Below are positions 38,269 to 49,530 of a stretch of 64,000 nt of DNA, piece by piece. Source of the DNA: an uncultured delta proteobacterium (GTDB taxonomy: Bacteria; Myxococcota_A; Polyangia; Fen-1088); assembly GCA_963796685.1 (NCBI GenBank), contig CAWCMR010000006.1:224001-288000 (forward strand). Reading direction: 5' to 3'. The notes under the pieces are model-generated. The model did not search any database, was not told where the DNA came from, and saw only the letters and a list, made by a program, of their open reading frames with translations. Numbering within the stretch: position 1 is the stretch's first letter; every line of letters begins with the position of its first letter. Position numbers and translations under genes: made by a program.

Positions 38269-39422
38269 GTTCTGAATAGGTCAAGTTGGCCGGCGTCTCG
38301 AGGTGCCGTAAGGGGGAGGACGGCATCCCCTACGGTCATTCCCTGTTCCAGAAGAAGTCTGATGTCTTCCATGTTTTCCGCCAATTCGATAGCCGTTCCC
38401 TCACCACCGTTGGGACGCAGTAGCGCTACTTCACTCAACTTGATTCCGCGGTCGCCAAAGATCTCGGAGCTGTGCGAAGAGAGAATGACTTGGCGCCGGT
38501 GCGGTCTCTGGAGACGCCAGATCAGTGCTGGAAGCTTCGCGACGATCCGCGTATGTAGGGAGAGTTCTGGCTCTTCCAATAACAACAAGGAGTCGCCTTC
38601 GAGGAGTGACCACAGCAACCCGATTAGTCTCAAAGTACCGTCGGAAAACTGATCCTCCCGCTGGCGTCCCCCATGCGGCCTCCAGTGACGGTAGTGCGCT
38701 TCGAGATGTGGCAGTCCACGCTCGTCGCGAATATCCTTCAGCTCCTCAAGCTCGGGGACAGCAGCTTTCAGGGCTGATTCAATCTTGGCCAGACGAGAGC
38801 GCCGTGTCTTTTCTGGTGTTCCGACAATTCTCTCCAGAAGCCTCAGTCCGAACGGATCTTCTGTCGCGGTCTCTCGGTTGGCGAGGCTGGGGTACTTCAA
38901 TAGCTGAGGAACAAGGTGCAAGTATAGAGTCTTTTGGAACGCTTCGGCGATAACCCGAAAGGCTTTGTTTGAGCCGATATGCTCAAGATGAGTCTCTTTC
39001 AAGCGCTGGTCATCACCCTTGTCTGGATCGTCGGGACGATTGAGCAGGAGGTGCTCGTCTCGCCATATTCTCTCGTAGCGAAGTAGAAACCTCCGCGCAC
39101 CCCGCGACTCCTGATACAGGCCAATGCCGTATCGCCACTGAGGGCCATCATGGCCTTCCGATTCAGACAAGGTCGCCTCAATCTCGACATCTGGATAGCG
39201 CCGAGCGGCCAGGCACCGAATCTTGGACAGGCCGCCACGTTCTTTGATGGCCTGCTGCAATCCTCCTCCGTCCTTCGCAATATCACGGAGGAAGCGAAAG
39301 ACATCGAGGAGGTTCGACTTGCCGCTTGCGTTGGGCCCTGTGATGAACAGCCGCTCTCCGATGGGCAGGTCGACATCGACGAAGTTCCGCCAGTTCCTAA
39401 GCTTCAGGTGGGTGAACAACAT
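38265..39422 (-). CDS. AAA_21/ABC-type ATPase
   Basis: GPNASGKS, SDGTLR, LLLEEPE..LH, SSHS. Confidence 0.9.
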   Translation of the reverse strand: MLFTHLKLRNWRNFVDVDLPIGERLFITGPNASGKSNLLDVFRFLRDIAKDGGGLQQAIKERGGLSKIRCLAARRYPDVEIEATLSESEGHDGPQWRYGIGLYQESRGARRFLLRYERIWRDEHLLLNRPDDPDKGDDQRLKETHLEHIGSNKAFRVIAEAFQKTLYLHLVPQLLKYPSLANRETATEDPFGLRLLERIVGTPEKTRRSRLAKIESALKAAVPELEELKDIRDERGLPHLEAHYRHWRPHGGRQREDQFSDGTLRLIGLLWSLLEGDSLLLLEEPELSLHTRIVAKLPALIWRLQRPHRRQVILSSHSSEIFGDRGIKLSEVALLRPNGGEGTAIELAENMEDIRLLLEQGMTVGDAVLPLTAPRDAGQLDLFRT

Positions 39423-39551
39423 TTGGCACTCTTATATCCCATGGTGATCGTACCTTACCTCCGTTCTAGCGGGCAAGGTAGTAGCGTCGTCTCCACCTGA
39501 GTCGGCCTCTCGCCGAAACCTGCCTCTTGCGTGCTGTGCGGGACCCGACCC

Positions 39552-40479
39552 ATGGTAGTGTTCGCCGAAATGACCGCCGCTCTATCCCTGCCTCTCGCCT
39601 TGCTGAAGGCGATGCGACCCAAGCAGTGGGTGAAGAACCTGCTCTTGTTCGCCGGTTTCGTGTTCACCGTCAACGAGCGCTGGCATCCCATGTCGCCCGC
39701 CATGTGGACCTACCTATCGCGGGCTGCGGCTGCCTTCGCGCTGTTCTCGCTGGTGTCGAGCGCGGTCTACCTCGCCAACGATGTGCTCGATGTGGAGAAC
39801 GACCGCCAGCACCCCACCAAGTGCAACCGCCCCATCGCCTCCGGCGCGCTACCCGCCTGGCTGGCGGTGCTGGTGGCGCTGCTGCTGATCCCGGTCTGTC
39901 TGGTGGGCGCCTATGTCCTCCAGCCGTTCTTCGCCCTGGCGATGGGGGGCTACCTGGTCATGCAGGTGGGCTACCTCTTCGTGCTCAAGCACATCGTCCT
40001 TCTGGACGTGTTCATCCTGGCGCTGGGCTTCGTCATCCGCGCCGTATCGGGCGCCGTGGTGATCGGCGCGGTGATCTCGCCGTGGCTATACACCGTCACG
40101 CTGCTCGGTTCGCTGTTCCTCGCGCTGTGCAAGCGTCGCGGCGAGCTGGTGCTGCTGGAAGGCCGCGCGGGCGGCCATCGCAAGATCCTCGAAGCTCTAC
40201 ACGCCGTCCCTGCTCGACAGCCTGATCAGCATCGTAGCGTCGTCGACCATCATGGCGTACTCGCTATACACCTTCACGTCGCCCAAATTGCCGGCCAACA
40301 ACCTGATGATGCTCACCATCCCGTTCGTCATCTTCGGGATGTTCCGCTACGTGTACCTCTCGCACTCGCGCAACGCGGGCGGCACCCCGGAAGAGGTGTT
40401 TCTCAAGGATAGGCCACTCATCATCACCATCGGGTTGTGGATCGTCACCACCGGCCTCATCCTGGGCCTCGACCGCTGA
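39552..40479 (+). pseudogene. UbiA-family decaprenyl-phosphate phosphoribosyltransferase, frameshifted near 40195 (possibly an assembly error)
   Basis: RPKQWVKN, YLANDVLD..HPTK.NRPIASG, KRRGE; C-terminus lies in the frame of ORF 40252-40479. Confidence 0.8.
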
Positions 40480-40649
40480 CGATTGCTACGACGTTGGACA
40501 ACGCGGCGTCGAACGCTTGCAACCGACCAATGATGGATTTCTCGACAAACTAACCCAACTTCGTGGCAGTCGCCTGCACGCCCGACATCTCCACCGCGAG
40601 CCTTAGGTTCATCGTGCCGACCAGAGCGTACGGCGCCTGGGCCGTCCTG

Positions 40650-43600
40650 TCATCGATCCGAGAAGCTCGGGTGCGGATAGAGGGGAGGCTTTCGGTTGCG
40701 GCTGGTCTGTTGGCGGACCTCGACGTCGGCGAACAGGAGCGGTGGAGCGATGATCGAGGACGGCAAGCCAAGGCCGGCGAATCCGTCGATGAAGTTGAGG
40801 ACATAGGGATCCCGCCCCGCCGCGACGATGTCCTTGAGGGACCGCGGCACCAGGCCTTCGAGGGTGAAGCCGCGAACGAGCTCCCTCTTTCCCGTTCTTG
40901 AGCCGATACGCCACCAGGGGAAGGACAGAGGGCGTGCCGCCGCCACCTCTTCCGCTGGTGAAGAAATGAAACATCTGCTCGGCGAAATCGGCCATGTCGA
41001 CCATGCCTCCCGTCGTGGCGTCGTCGACCAGCCGGACGATGTAGGCATCGCAGTGCCTGGCTTTGCTCTCCTTGGCCAGTCGATCCAGCAATGCCTGGCG
41101 TGTCAGTCCGCCCTTGGCCGTGACGAAGAGATTGGCTATGTGTCCCTTCACGCCGGCCATCTGGGTCGCGCGGCCGTGGCCGTTCGAGCGAGCCACGTCC
41201 TTGCTTGGCGTCCGCGACATCAGCAACGTCTTGAGAACGCCCGCCTCGATTAGCGAGACCTTTTGTGCCGGAACGCCCTCGTCGTCGGCGTGGTAGCTGC
41301 CCAGCAGGAATTCCTTGCCGGGGCCCAGCTCGGATCGGGGATCGTCATAGACCGAGAGAAATGGGGCGGCGACCCGCTGGCCGATCTTGCCCGCGAATTC
41401 GCGAGATCCGGCGGCCAGGCGTCCCTCGCCGACGGCCGTCCTGGGTGGGGGTGTTCCCGCGAGGTGCTCGGCGAGCAGGCTCTTGACGATCTGACCGGCC
41501 GCAGGCCCCTCGAACAGGACCAGGGCGGTGCCGCTTTCGGGGATCGCGGCACCGGTTTCATCGCTCAGCTCTTGGGCCAGCTCCATGTCGGCCGGCGCGG
41601 GCAATCCGTCGACGGTCTTGGCGGTGAATGCCACCATGTCGGACAGCCGCATGCCATCAGGGGCCTGGGTCGTGGCCGAGACGTCGAGGCGCACCAGGCT
41701 GTCGCGTTCGTCCGCCCAGGCGCCACCACTGCCCAGATAGCGCTGCCGGCCCACCGCGTGTATGGCCTCGACGTGTGAGGTGGCGATGCGCGGATAGGAC
41801 TGAAACAAGGCGGACAGCTTGGTCGCAAGCTCGCGCAGCGGGCCCGCCTCGGGCGCTGGGAAGACGGGCAAGGACACGGTCTTCGCCGGCGCTTGCGCGG
41901 CGAAGTCGGGGATTTTGTCCTCGGCGGACGCGCTGTGTCCATCGGCAGACGCCTTCTTCTTGGCCAACATGTCCACGGCGCGCTTGTAGGCCTCGTCGGT
42001 GCGCAGCCACAAGGCCCGCCTGGCCACGAGGTAATCGTCGTCGAGCGGAAGCACGCCGAAGCCGCCGGGGGCCATGAAACCGAACCCGCCCTCCGCGAAA
42101 TTGCTGCTGTCGAAGCTTGCTTCTCCGACCCTGACCTCGCTGCGCAGAGTGCGCGACCGATGCTGGGACTGGCTGGTGATCGCTCCGAAGGTTGCGCCGA
42201 CGCGTGCGAAGTCACCCTCGGTCACCGTGTAGGCGGCGAAGTGTGGACGCGGTTGCTCCTCCACGCGCATTTCGGCCATGGTGCGACCAAGCTCATCCTC
42301 CATGGCCCGGCGAACGGGGTCCTCGGCGGAGGACGGGGCCGCGGCCGGTGGCGGCGGCAGCACCGGAGGCTTGTCGCTGCCTTTCTCTTTTCGCTCGACC
42401 TCGATCTGTTGCACGAGGAGGCTCGGGCTGGTCGCTGACACCGGCACGAAGCCGGACTCGGCGCCGCAATACCCGTTGAAGGTCTGGTAGTCGTCGGTCG
42501 CCGCCATGATCTTGTTCAAGGCGGTGAGCGGGGTACCGACGATGTCCACTCCACGCAACAGCTCGTCGGGGCGGCCGTCGGTCCACACGCGATAGACCAG
42601 GATTGGCAACACCTTGAAGGCCTGCGGCATGAAGCGCTCGGTATTGGTGAACCCGCCCGAGATGTCCCGGAAGAGGAGGCCGAACGGCTTGCCCTGTCGT
42701 CGGGCCTCGTCACGCAGGCGCCGCCTCAGCTCATCGCTCGACACGGCCAACGCCGGCTGTACGACCAGATTTCCTTGCCGTGCTACCACGGCGCGCCCAT
42801 CCTCGCGCCGTCCATGCCCGTTCGAGTGCATGAAGTTGCGGGTCGGAGACCGGCCCATGAGGAAGCTCTTGAGCACACCACTCTCGACCAAAGGCGCTCG
42901 CTGCCCCGGCACGGCTTCGTCGTCGAAGCGATACGAGCCGTTCAAGCTCTCAGGACCAATACGCGCGATCGTCGGATCGTCGTAGATCGAGATGAAAGCG
43001 GGCATCACGGCTTGGCCAATCTTCTTGGCGAAGGTCTGCCCTTCCTCGTCGCGTTTCTGCCGATGGCCCTCCACGCGGTGGCCGAAGATCTCGTGGAAGA
43101 AGACAGCCGCCGCCTTGCCCTCCAGAATGGCCGGCCCGACGAAGGGCTCGGCCAGCGGTGCCCGGCGCAGGGCCTGCAAGTCCGCGATGATGGCATCGGC
43201 CGCGCGGTCCAGCGTGGCTTCATCGGGTAGCCCGCCCACCTCGGTGGCATCGAAGGTTTCGTGCCGCTCCATATCCATGCCGTCCTCGGCGCGCGTGCTG
43301 GCCTGGATGGAGATCCGCGCGTAGTTGCGGCCGGTCTGAACACTCGATCCCTCCGAGTTGGTGAGCCAACGGTTCACGCTCTTCACCTCGAGCGCGACGT
43401 GCGCGCTCCGGATATCCGGAAGGTTGCGCAAGCGCGCCGAGAGGCGCCGCACGCGTGCCTCCCAGGCTGCAACATCCAGCGTGACCGACGCTGGCGACTC
43501 GACGAAGGTGACGGGCTTTTCATGGGAAAAGTCGTCCGAGGGATCCTCCTCGGCCGTCTTGCTCTTCCTTTCCGACTTTACCTTGAGCAACCGCTCGAGC

Positions 43601-44154
43601 GCCGCCTTGTAGCGCCTGTCGGTCTCGGCCCAGGCCACCGCCCGGATGGCGGCGGGAACGTCCTCGAGGGGCAGGGGCACCGAGCTGCCCACGATGGCAT
43701 CGAAGTCGAATGCAAAAGCCCCGCGCAGGGCATGGGTGGAGTCGAGCGTGTTGGTTCCGACGCGAACGTCGATGGTCAGCGCGCGCGTGCGTTGGTCGAT
43801 CGAGCCGAGCAGCGCTCCTTCGCTGGCCGAGATGTTGATGTCGCGCCGATCGTGGACCTCATAGCCGATGAAGTAGGGAGGCGGATTCTGGCTCTTGGCG
43901 AGAGCGGCCATCGCCCGGTGCAACTCCTCCTCGAGAACGACCAACTCGGGCGCTTTGCTGCCGTCAGTGCCCCGGAGCGGAGCGATGCGCACGATCTCCG
44001 GAAGCCGTGCAGGCCGAGCGGCCGTGGGCAGGGTGTCGCCCAGAACAGGCCTCGCGCCTTTCGCTACCTTGTGGCCAGCACAGGCGAACGAGAGGGTCGT
44101 GGCAAGAACAGCCGTTGCAAGAGGACGTTTGAAGGCAATGAGCATAGAAGGCAC
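40650..44154 (-). CDS. Tandem TldD/PmbA-family metallopeptidase fusion, frameshift near 40885
   Basis: FFHEIFGHRVEG in the first unit; second unit lacks HExxxH; the C-terminus continues in the frame of ORF 40650-41048. Confidence 0.85.
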
Positions 44155-44248
44155 GGTCCTTTCGACGCACTATGGTACCAGCATGCGTGCGGAACGGACA
44201 GCGGCGTGATTCAACGCCTCCATGATCTCCCACGGATCCGCGCCAGCG

Positions 44249-46021
44249 TCAGCGGACCACCACGGCCACGTAGGCGCCGAGGTCCCCGACGTCCACGGTC
44301 ACCGTGCCCGCGTTGTAGGCGACGGGTACGGTCTTGTCGGCCGCGAAGTCCGGTGAGGCCAGGGTCACCGAGGAGGGCTGGCTTGCGACGGGGAAGCTCG
44401 CGGTGACGCCCGGCTGGGTGACGACACCGGCCGCATAGTTGTGGTTGATGAGGTGAAGCACGGTGCCGCCGTCGGGAAGGCTGGCGAGCACGGTGGTCAG
44501 GTTGGACGCCGAGACCGTGGCGACGTCGGCCAGCTCTTGCGCCCCCAGGTAGATCGCCGCGTGGTTACGATAGTAGGTTTCGAGCTGCTGGAAGAAGCCC
44601 ATCATGCCGAGCGCGGTTGCGGTGTTGCTGTCGGTGGTGGTGGCCAAGGGCGGCGCGAACAGCATGCCGAGCGCCCAGACCTCCGCGCCGTACAGCCGGA
44701 AGTAGTCCTGCCGGCCCTGCGGCGTGAGCCCGTAGTACCGATCCATGGAGGAGGTTGGCCAATCGAGGAAGAGCACGATGGGCACCTCGTGGCCGCCCAC
44801 CGCGTCGACGATCTGCTTGGAGCGTGCCTTGAAGCCCTCGAGCGCGGTCTTGAACGAGCGCGTGCCATCGAGGTCGGCCCCCTGGCGCGGCACCCAATTC
44901 ACCTCCGTGTTGCCCGGCCCGTCCCGGTTTCCGTCGTACAGACCGATGGTCTGGAAGTCGACGAACGGAAAGGTGCCGTTGGCGCTGATGAGGATCTCGC
45001 GACCGTAGGTCTGGCGTGCATAGGTGCGCAGGGCCACCACGATGCGCTGCCAATACACCAGGGCGGGGTAGGTTTCGAGGAACGTCCCGCTCGACGGGTT
45101 CGGGCGATTGTTCACGCTGGTGCCCCAGTCGGCGGCCAGCGGGTTGCGCGCGCTGCTCAGCGGGTTCGACTGGGCGCCGTGCCGGGCCAGGTATCCGCGG
45201 TAGTCGAAGCCGCGCCCGCCACTTTGCCCCGTGCAGTCGAGGTGGTCGTCGGCGGCGACACCGAGCGCGGCCAGCGCCGACGAGGAGCCCGCGTATTTCG
45301 CGCACAGATAGGCGCCGAAGTCCGCCACGTGGTAGTCGTCGAAGCCCTCGTTGCCGCCCACCCAGTTGGCGCCGGTGTAGCCGCCGAGGATCTCGTCGTA
45401 GTGCAGGCCGTCCACGCCGCCGTCGAGCTGGATCTTGCCGATGTCCACCAACCGCTGCTGGTAGGCGGGATTGGCCAGGGTGGCCCGGTACGCGTTGGCC
45501 GCGATCTCCCCGTGCGGGACAGGCTGGCCCGAGGCATCGCGACTGACCTGATCGGAGAAGTCCGCGGCGCTGACCTCGTCTTGAAAGAGCACCGACGCCG
45601 TGGTGCCGCCCATGAACAAGGTGCCCTGCGCAACGCAAGCGCGCACAAACGCGAACTTGTAGTCGCCTGGCTTCAGCCCCCAGGTATCCCAGCGCGCCCA
45701 GGCGCGAGGCAGCAGGTCGGGGGCCAGCGCGAGCACCTGTGCGTCCTGTCCATCGGTGACCACCTGGCTGAAGGCGGGGAAGATCAGCTTCGACAGATCG
45801 GCTTGGCCGAAGGCGCGGGGATCGTATTGGCCCGGCTGGATGGCCGGCAGGTCCGAGGTGTCGTAGTGGGTGACGCTGCCGCCCGGGCCGTCGCTCGCTC
45901 CGCCTGCATCCCCCTTTGGGGGCGTCGTGCCGGGCGAGGCGCCGCCGCCACAGGAGAGCAGCGCCATCGCGGCACCGAAGGTGGTGGAGGCACGTGACAG
46001 ACCGCCAAGGCGAAAACGCAT
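44249..46021 (-). CDS. Putative lipoprotein, glycoside-hydrolase-like
   Basis: Lipobox LLSC; GGVDGLHYDE; C-terminal beta-sandwich VLHLINHNY. Confidence 0.6.
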   Translation of the reverse strand: MRFRLGGLSRASTTFGAAMALLSCGGGASPGTTPPKGDAGGASDGPGGSVTHYDTSDLPAIQPGQYDPRAFGQADLSKLIFPAFSQVVTDGQDAQVLALAPDLLPRAWARWDTWGLKPGDYKFAFVRACVAQGTLFMGGTTASVLFQDEVSAADFSDQVSRDASGQPVPHGEIAANAYRATLANPAYQQRLVDIGKIQLDGGVDGLHYDEILGGYTGANWVGGNEGFDDYHVADFGAYLCAKYAGSSSALAALGVAADDHLDCTGQSGGRGFDYRGYLARHGAQSNPLSSARNPLAADWGTSVNNRPNPSSGTFLETYPALVYWQRIVVALRTYARQTYGREILISANGTFPFVDFQTIGLYDGNRDGPGNTEVNWVPRQGADLDGTRSFKTALEGFKARSKQIVDAVGGHEVPIVLFLDWPTSSMDRYYGLTPQGRQDYFRLYGAEVWALGMLFAPPLATTTDSNTATALGMMGFFQQLETYYRNHAAIYLGAQELADVATVSASNLTTVLASLPDGGTVLHLINHNYAAGVVTQPGVTASFPVASQPSSVTLASPDFAADKTVPVAYNAGTVTVDVGDLGAYVAVVVR

Positions 46022-46104
46022 GAGCTTTGCTCCTTCGTATAGCAGAGTCGCATGTCGTCCCGGGCGGCTCAGCCGTGCCCCCCGGGTCAATGGTCAATCC
46101 CGAG

Positions 46105-47394
46105 CTACGTTCCCATCGCCGCCGCCAGATCCTTGGCCGGGTCGTCGCCGGTCAAGCGCAAGTCGAGCTTGTCTTGCAGCACCTTGAAGACTCCGGGCGT
46201 GATGAAGGCCGGCGCATTCGGGCCGATGGCGATCTTCTTCACGCCCAGCGAGAGCAGGGTGAGTAGCACGGCCACCGCCTTTTGCTCGAACCACGACACG
46301 ACCAAGGTCAGCGGCAGGTCGTTCACCGTGCAGTCGAAGGCCTTGGCCAGCGCGACCGCGACCTGGATGGCGCCGTAGGAATCGTTGCATTGGCCCATGT
46401 CCATCAGGCGCGGCAACCCGAGGTGGGTGCCGTAGTCGTGCTCGCGGATGCGGAACTTGCCGCAGCCGAGGGTCAGGATGAACGAGTCGGGCGGGGTCAG
46501 CCTGGCGTACTCGGTGAAGTAGTTGCGCCCCACCTCGGCGCCGTCGCAACCGCCGATGACGAAGAAGCGGCTGATCTTGCCGGCCTTGACCGCGTCCACG
46601 ATGGTCGGTGCCAGCGCCAGGATCGTCGAGTGGTGGAAGCCGACGGTCGACTTCTTGATTGGCGAGGCGGGCAGTGGCGCGCATGCCCTGGCCTTGGCGA
46701 TGACCGCGGAAAAGTCGTTCGTCGTCAGGCGCGTGCCGCCCGGGACCGCGGTGGCGCGCGTGGTGAACAGGCGCCCGGCGTAGCTTTGCGGCGGAATGAC
46801 CACGCAGTTGGTGGTCGCGAGCACGGCACCCGAGAAGGCGGCGAACTCGCTGCGCTGCTTCTGCCAGGCGCCGCCGAAGTGCCCGGCCAGGTTGGGGTGG
46901 TTGCGCAGGTTCGGGTACATGTGCGCGGGCAGCATCTCGCCGTGGGTGTACACCTTCACCTCGGTGCCCTTGCACTGGTCGAGCAGGTCGGCGAGATCGA
47001 CCAGGTCGTGGCCGGTGACGAGGATGCCGGGGCCCGCCTGGGTGCCCTCGGAAACCTCGGTGGGCGAGGGCTGGCCGAAGCGCCGCACGTGCCCCTCGTC
47101 GAGGAGCTGCATCACGCGCAGGTTCTTGCGGCCAAGCTCCATGGCGTACTCGAACAGCGTGCCCAGGTCGAAGCTCACGTTGGTCAGCGTCGCGAAGAGC
47201 GCTTCCTCGATGAAGGCGTTGACGGACTCGTCCACCATCCCGAGGCGGCGGGCATGGTGGGCGTAGGCCGCCATACCCTTGAGGCCGTAGAGGATGGTTT
47301 CTTGCAGCGATTGCACGTCCGGATCCTTGCCGCACACGCCGGGGCCGGTGGTCGCGCAGCTCTTTCCGAATTGCTCACATTGGTTGCAGAACAT
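46105..47394 (-). CDS. hcp: Hybrid cluster protein (hydroxylamine reductase)
   Basis: MFCNQCEQ..CGK, GHDL, THGEMLP, TTNC, GCDG, GQCND, WFEQKA. Confidence 0.96.
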   Translation of the reverse strand: MFCNQCEQFGKSCATTGPGVCGKDPDVQSLQETILYGLKGMAAYAHHARRLGMVDESVNAFIEEALFATLTNVSFDLGTLFEYAMELGRKNLRVMQLLDEGHVRRFGQPSPTEVSEGTQAGPGILVTGHDLVDLADLLDQCKGTEVKVYTHGEMLPAHMYPNLRNHPNLAGHFGGAWQKQRSEFAAFSGAVLATTNCVVIPPQSYAGRLFTTRATAVPGGTRLTTNDFSAVIAKARACAPLPASPIKKSTVGFHHSTILALAPTIVDAVKAGKISRFFVIGGCDGAEVGRNYFTEYARLTPPDSFILTLGCGKFRIREHDYGTHLGLPRLMDMGQCNDSYGAIQVAVALAKAFDCTVNDLPLTLVVSWFEQKAVAVLLTLLSLGVKKIAIGPNAPAFITPGVFKVLQDKLDLRLTGDDPAKDLAAAMGT

Positions 47395-47456
47395 GATGGA
47401 AGCTCCTTGGGGGTGGGTTGCTGGCGCGACCATGGCAGGGTCGTGAGCGCGGCGCC

Positions 47457-47470
47457 TTGATCTGGATCAA
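47457..47470. promoter_or_regulatory. FNR/HcpR-type binding site
   Basis: TTGATCTGGATCAA (TTGAT-N4-ATCAA) between divergent hcp and the Crp/Fnr gene. Confidence 0.85.
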
Positions 47471-47493
47471 GCAACCGCGCAATCTTCCCCGCC

Positions 47494-48159
47494 ATGGACA
47501 AAGGCGCCATCATCGGAGGTTGTTCGCTCTTTCAAGGCGTGGGCCTGGGGCACAAGCGACGGTTGGTCGCGATGGCGCGCAAGCTGAGCTTTCCGGCCGG
47601 CACGCTGGTATTTCGACAGAACGATCCTTGTCCCGGTCTCTACTGTGTCGGCAGCGGCGTCGTCCGCATCTATCGCATCGGCGTCGGCGGCAAGGAGCAC
47701 ACCCTGCACATGGCCGGTCCCGGCCAGACCTTCGCCGAGGTCGCGGTCATCGGCGGATTTCCCTGTCCGGCCTTTGCCGAGGTCACGCAGGCCGCGCAAT
47801 GCGCCCTGCTTCCCGCCCGCGCCTTTCATGCCATGCTTCGCGAGGAGCACGCGTTTTGTCTCGAGCTTCTCATCGGCATGAGCCATTGGGTGCGCCATCT
47901 CACCGGCCTGCTCGAAGACATCACCCTGCGCGACGCCAGTGGCCGCGTGGCACGCCATCTGCTCCAAGCCGACCACGATGCCCGCGGCACCGTCGGGCTG
48001 GCCGGGCTCAAGAAGCACATCGCCTCGCATCTCAACCTGACCAGCGAGACCTTCTCGCGCGTGCTGCGTCGGCTGGCCGACGCCGGCGTCGTCGTGCTGG
48101 TCGACGAGAGGCGCCTGCGCATCGTGGACCGGAAGGCGCTCGAGGGGCTGAGCGAGTAG
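47494..48159 (+). CDS. Crp/Fnr-family regulator (HcpR/DNR-like)
   Basis: cNMP-binding domain; HTH SETFSR; divergent from hcp. Confidence 0.9.
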   Translation: MDKGAIIGGCSLFQGVGLGHKRRLVAMARKLSFPAGTLVFRQNDPCPGLYCVGSGVVRIYRIGVGGKEHTLHMAGPGQTFAEVAVIGGFPCPAFAEVTQAAQCALLPARAFHAMLREEHAFCLELLIGMSHWVRHLTGLLEDITLRDASGRVARHLLQADHDARGTVGLAGLKKHIASHLNLTSETFSRVLRRLADAGVVVLVDERRLRIVDRKALEGLSE

Positions 48160-48247
48160 GACGAGCGGGGGCGCACCCAACCGGCGGCTTCTGGCGCAAA
48201 TCCGGGACCGGCTTGATACCTGTTCGGATGTTCAGTATAGTGGTCGT

Positions 48248-49393
48248 GTGGCATTGGTCAGGGTCGTTCCCTCGGTCGAGACCTCGCTCGCGGCGCTCAC
48301 GCGAGCGGCTCGCCACGACATGTCTTGCGCATGCGGCCCCAGCCAGCATCGCCAGCGCGGCGCGGACGGTCTGTGGATCTACCCGGCGGCGCTGCCGTCC
48401 GGCCGGCGCGTGCCGATGCTCAAGGTGCTGCAGGCCTCCGGCTGCGAGCGCTCGTGCGTCTACTGTGTCGAGCGCTGTGGCGGGCAGGGACCGGGCGCCA
48501 GCCTCGAGCCCGAGCAACTGGCCGGTGCCTTCGTCGACCTTCATCGCAGCCGGCGCGTCGACGGGCTGTTTCTCTCGTCGGCCATCCGGGGCGGCGCGGT
48601 GGCGACCATGGACCGCATGCTGGGCACGGCCGAGCTCTTGCGCGCGCGCCACGGCTTTCGCGGCTACATCCATTTGAAAGTGATCCCTGGCAGCCGTCCG
48701 GATCAGGTCGAGCGCGCGATGGCGCTGGCCACGCGCGTGTCGGTGAACATGGAGGCGCCCAGCGCGGCCCATCTGGCGCGCATCGCGCCGGGCAAGAAGT
48801 TCGAGGACCAGATTCTCGCACCCATGCGCCAGGTGGCGCGTGCCATCGCGCGCGGCGAGTTCGCGCGCGCCGGTCAGACCACCCAGCTGGTGGTGGGCGC
48901 GGCCGGCGAGCAGGATCGCGAGGTAGTGGCCGCGGCCGCCTGGAGCTATCGCGAGCTCGAGATGGCGCGCGTCTACTACTCGGCCCTGCAACCGATCCCG
49001 GGAACGCCGGTGGCCGAGCGCCCGGCCGTGCCCTTCCTGCGCGAGCATCGCCTCTACCAAGTCGATTTTCTCCTGCGCAACTACGGCTTCTCGGTCGACG
49101 AGATCCACTTCGACGAGGCCGGGGCGCTGCCGCTCGATACCGATCCCAAGACCCTGTGGGCGCGCCGTCACCCCGAGCGCTTTCCGATCGAGATCAACCG
49201 GGCCGGGCTCCACGAGCTCGTACGCGTGCCGGGGATCGGGCCCCGCTCGGCCGCGCGCTTGCTCGCCATGCGCCGCACGCACCGCCTGCGTGACGTGGAG
49301 GCCCTGCGCGCCGCCGGCGCCTCGTGGAAGATCGCGTCGCCATTCCTTCTTCTCGACGGTAAACCGGCCGAGCGCCAACTGCGCCTGTGCTAG
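48248..49393 (+). CDS. Putative DNA modification/repair radical SAM protein with HhH
   Basis: CERSCVYC, GLFLSS, REHRLYQ.D.L, RVPGIG. Confidence 0.88.
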   Translation: MALVRVVPSVETSLAALTRAARHDMSCACGPSQHRQRGADGLWIYPAALPSGRRVPMLKVLQASGCERSCVYCVERCGGQGPGASLEPEQLAGAFVDLHRSRRVDGLFLSSAIRGGAVATMDRMLGTAELLRARHGFRGYIHLKVIPGSRPDQVERAMALATRVSVNMEAPSAAHLARIAPGKKFEDQILAPMRQVARAIARGEFARAGQTTQLVVGAAGEQDREVVAAAAWSYRELEMARVYYSALQPIPGTPVAERPAVPFLREHRLYQVDFLLRNYGFSVDEIHFDEAGALPLDTDPKTLWARRHPERFPIEINRAGLHELVRVPGIGPRSAARLLAMRRTHRLRDVEALRAAGASWKIASPFLLLDGKPAERQLRLC

Positions 49394-49530
49394 CGGGCGC
49401 GATTTCAACCGCTGGGGTTGACGATCGAAATTTCGCGCTTACAGTGAACGGACGAATCCGTGAGGCATGGTGCCCACGGACACGAAGACCCCGCCGGGAG
49501 CTGAAGGCCTCGGCGAAAGGAGAAGAGAAG

